Assembly (NCBI GenBank): GCA_950097015.1
Contig: CATNEN010000038.1
Span: 22,320,001-22,384,000 of the forward strand
DNA length: 64,000 bases
From: Macrostomum hystrix
Taxonomy: Eukaryota; Animalia; Platyhelminthes
Direction: 5' to 3'
This document shows positions 61,926-64,000 of this stretch, piece after piece; the first letter of the stretch is position 1, and the number at the start of each line of letters is the position of its first letter. Position numbers and translations under genes: made by a program. Under the pieces are notes generated by a model. The model saw only the letters and a list, made by a program, of their open reading frames with translations. It was not told where the DNA came from and did not search any database.

Positions 61926-62149
61926 CTCTTCACTGTATGGCTTTGTATGGCTGTACTGTAAAGCAAGCCTTTACTATTAGGCTAAATGCCTAACTGTCGC
62001 TTGCACACTATGAGTACCAAAAATACAGAACAAGAACTGAAATCTTGATCTAGTTGTTGCTAGCTAGCCACTCCCAAACCAGTTTACTAGGCCTAGCCTC
62101 CCAACTATATTGTCTTAACCAATGTGTACACAACTAGGTATTGTAGAAT

Positions 62150-62399
62150 CATACATGCGCAACCTCCTAAATCTTAGCTGGCCGTGCGACTTAGTTTTTG
62201 CTCTATTTACGACTTAGTTTGCTCTCATTTGCTCTCTTTTTCTCTCCCCTTTTTCCTTTTCTTCATGCCTTCTTTTTTTGTCCCTTGGTCCCCCTTTGAT
62301 TTTTTTGCACTTGGTCAATTGGTTTTTGGGACTTACCTTGCTTGGCCCTCGTTTCACCCGGCCAGTTCGGCCGGGTTGGCCGGGTGTTGCGCATGTATG
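62150..62399. mobile_element. 250-bp MITE, second copy
   Basis: TIR CATACATGCGCAAC / GTTGCGCATGTATG; TSD TGTAGAAT on both sides. Confidence 0.9.
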
Positions 62400-63261
62400 T
62401 GTAGAATACTAGCTAGATAGAATACTAGTAGAATTATAATAGGCCTACCTGAAGAACATTCATGTTTGCTTATGTGATTGTAAACAAGAATTAACATTGT
62501 ATAACTACTATACATTATATATTAACCATTTATAGAAAATATAATGGAATGTGCATGGAAATTATTGATTACAGAAGGACAATGCTATAATATAATGTCT
62601 ACTTATTAAAATTTGTTAAGATAACAGACAAAGTCATGGAAAAAGATATCAATTGATGTTTTTAAGGCTTAGCTAATTTTGCTACTATATTATAATATGC
62701 GATTGTTGATAAAATATCACTATTTGGTAGATATAACAATTTTTAGGATGCACAGAGTCAATTTTTTAAGATATAATTTTTAGAAGTATCAGAAGTTTAA
62801 CTACATTTTTACCCCTGAATAGGTTTATATCTGTGATAGTAACAGTTTTTCTTTGTGTTTCTTCTAAAAGTTTAAAAGAATGTTCTTGTCAATCATGGTA
62901 CTACCATTTCTAATTGTTTTACCCACTGTACTTAATTGCATATTTTTCATCAAATTACAGAATAGGGCAGTTAGACCATACATAGAAGAACAAGGAAAAA
63001 TTTGCTTCAACAAATATTTTGCAGTTATAATAGAAAAGGGAAGTTTAATGACAATGAATTTATAAACAAAGCAGATGAATAGGTAAATGGTATTGTTAGT
63101 GTTTTTAATTGAACCTAAAAAGCAATGTACTTGTTTTATAAAAATTTACATATTTCCACTAAGCTTAAGTAGTGAATTTTAAAGAGTTCTGCATAGGACA
63201 ATGTCTAGCTACAAAATATATTTCTATTAACAATAAATTCTCGTGGTTTCCAGTCCAGCAA

Positions 63262-63992
63262 ATGCACATGGCATCACAAGGTGGCTCAGGTCTGACTAGC
63301 ATGGTAAATGGCAAATCTGCGCACAAGCAGTTTATGATTCGTCAATCAAAGAGCGACTATGTCAAACGAGTCTGCTCAGCCAAGTCTACCATAGACAATG
63401 GCCTGCCAAAGACCTTTCGTCATCGGCTTCAGAGAGATGGCCGGCTCCCTAAAACTGACCCGATGCCGTCCAGACCATTGTCTTCATCTTCTAGGCCAAC
63501 AAATCATCAGCAGCAGCATCTGACCAATGCTCAGCTACTGTCGACATCTACAGCATTCAATGCGTTAGACACTGATCAGATGGATTCTGGCGGCGGAGAT
63601 CTGTTAGAAACGCACCGGGATCGTTTCACGAATCCTAAGCAGCCATTTACACCGCGAATTAACAATTCGAAATCTCGCGGTGTAGTAGCTCAGAGTCGGC
63701 TATTGGCTAGCGGAATCTATGTTAAACCGCCGCCTAAACAGAAGCGAGCTAATTCGGCTAATGATGCCAATGGGACACAGCAACAGCGCAGGCGATTCGA
63801 TGGCACCTACGATGTTTTTGATGGCGGACTGGCTGAACGAGATCAGCCGATTTCGGCGCATAGGCAGCAGCAGCAGCAGCAGATTCCATTGCCGCATAGT
63901 CAGAGGCGAACAGCTGATTGGGTGCTGGATGGTCACGGGCTTGACGGCGGGGACGATCGTGGGAGCTCTAATGCTTATAACACCCTATTCAG
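63262..63992 (+). CDS. SPATA7: first coding exon of a SPATA7-like ciliary protein (continues past window)
   Basis: QFMIR..SAKSTIDN and GDLLETHRDRFTNPKQPFTPR resemble SPATA7 conserved blocks; donor CAG|GTGAGA at 63992. Confidence 0.65.
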
Positions 63993-64000
63993 GTGAGAGA

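Overview
Eukaryotic (metazoan) genomic DNA: GC-rich, polyQ/polyA-rich exons in AT-rich introns full of minisatellites and SINEs. This resembles a free-living flatworm such as Macrostomum, which is an inference only. Recognisable spliced genes are an R3H-domain (R3HDM/encore-like) gene, CEP104-like, COQ4, TRABID/ZRANB1, a DAAM-type formin and the start of a SPATA7-like gene. Between COQ4 and TRABID lies an accessory block with three notable parts: a 7-exon gene that appears to fuse two ankyrin-repeat blocks to an intact caspase domain, a complete young Ngaro-type tyrosine-recombinase retrotransposon whose gag and RT frames are joined by one in-frame UGA followed by a long stem-loop (probable readthrough), and an intronless coiled-coil/NHL gene. 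The window also holds a solitary minimal hammerhead ribozyme, two tRNA-derived SINE families, a 250-bp MITE with 8-bp TSDs, RTE and Penelope-like relics, and about 15 minisatellite arrays. All exon boundaries were read by eye from GT-AG sites and reading-frame phase, without transcript data.
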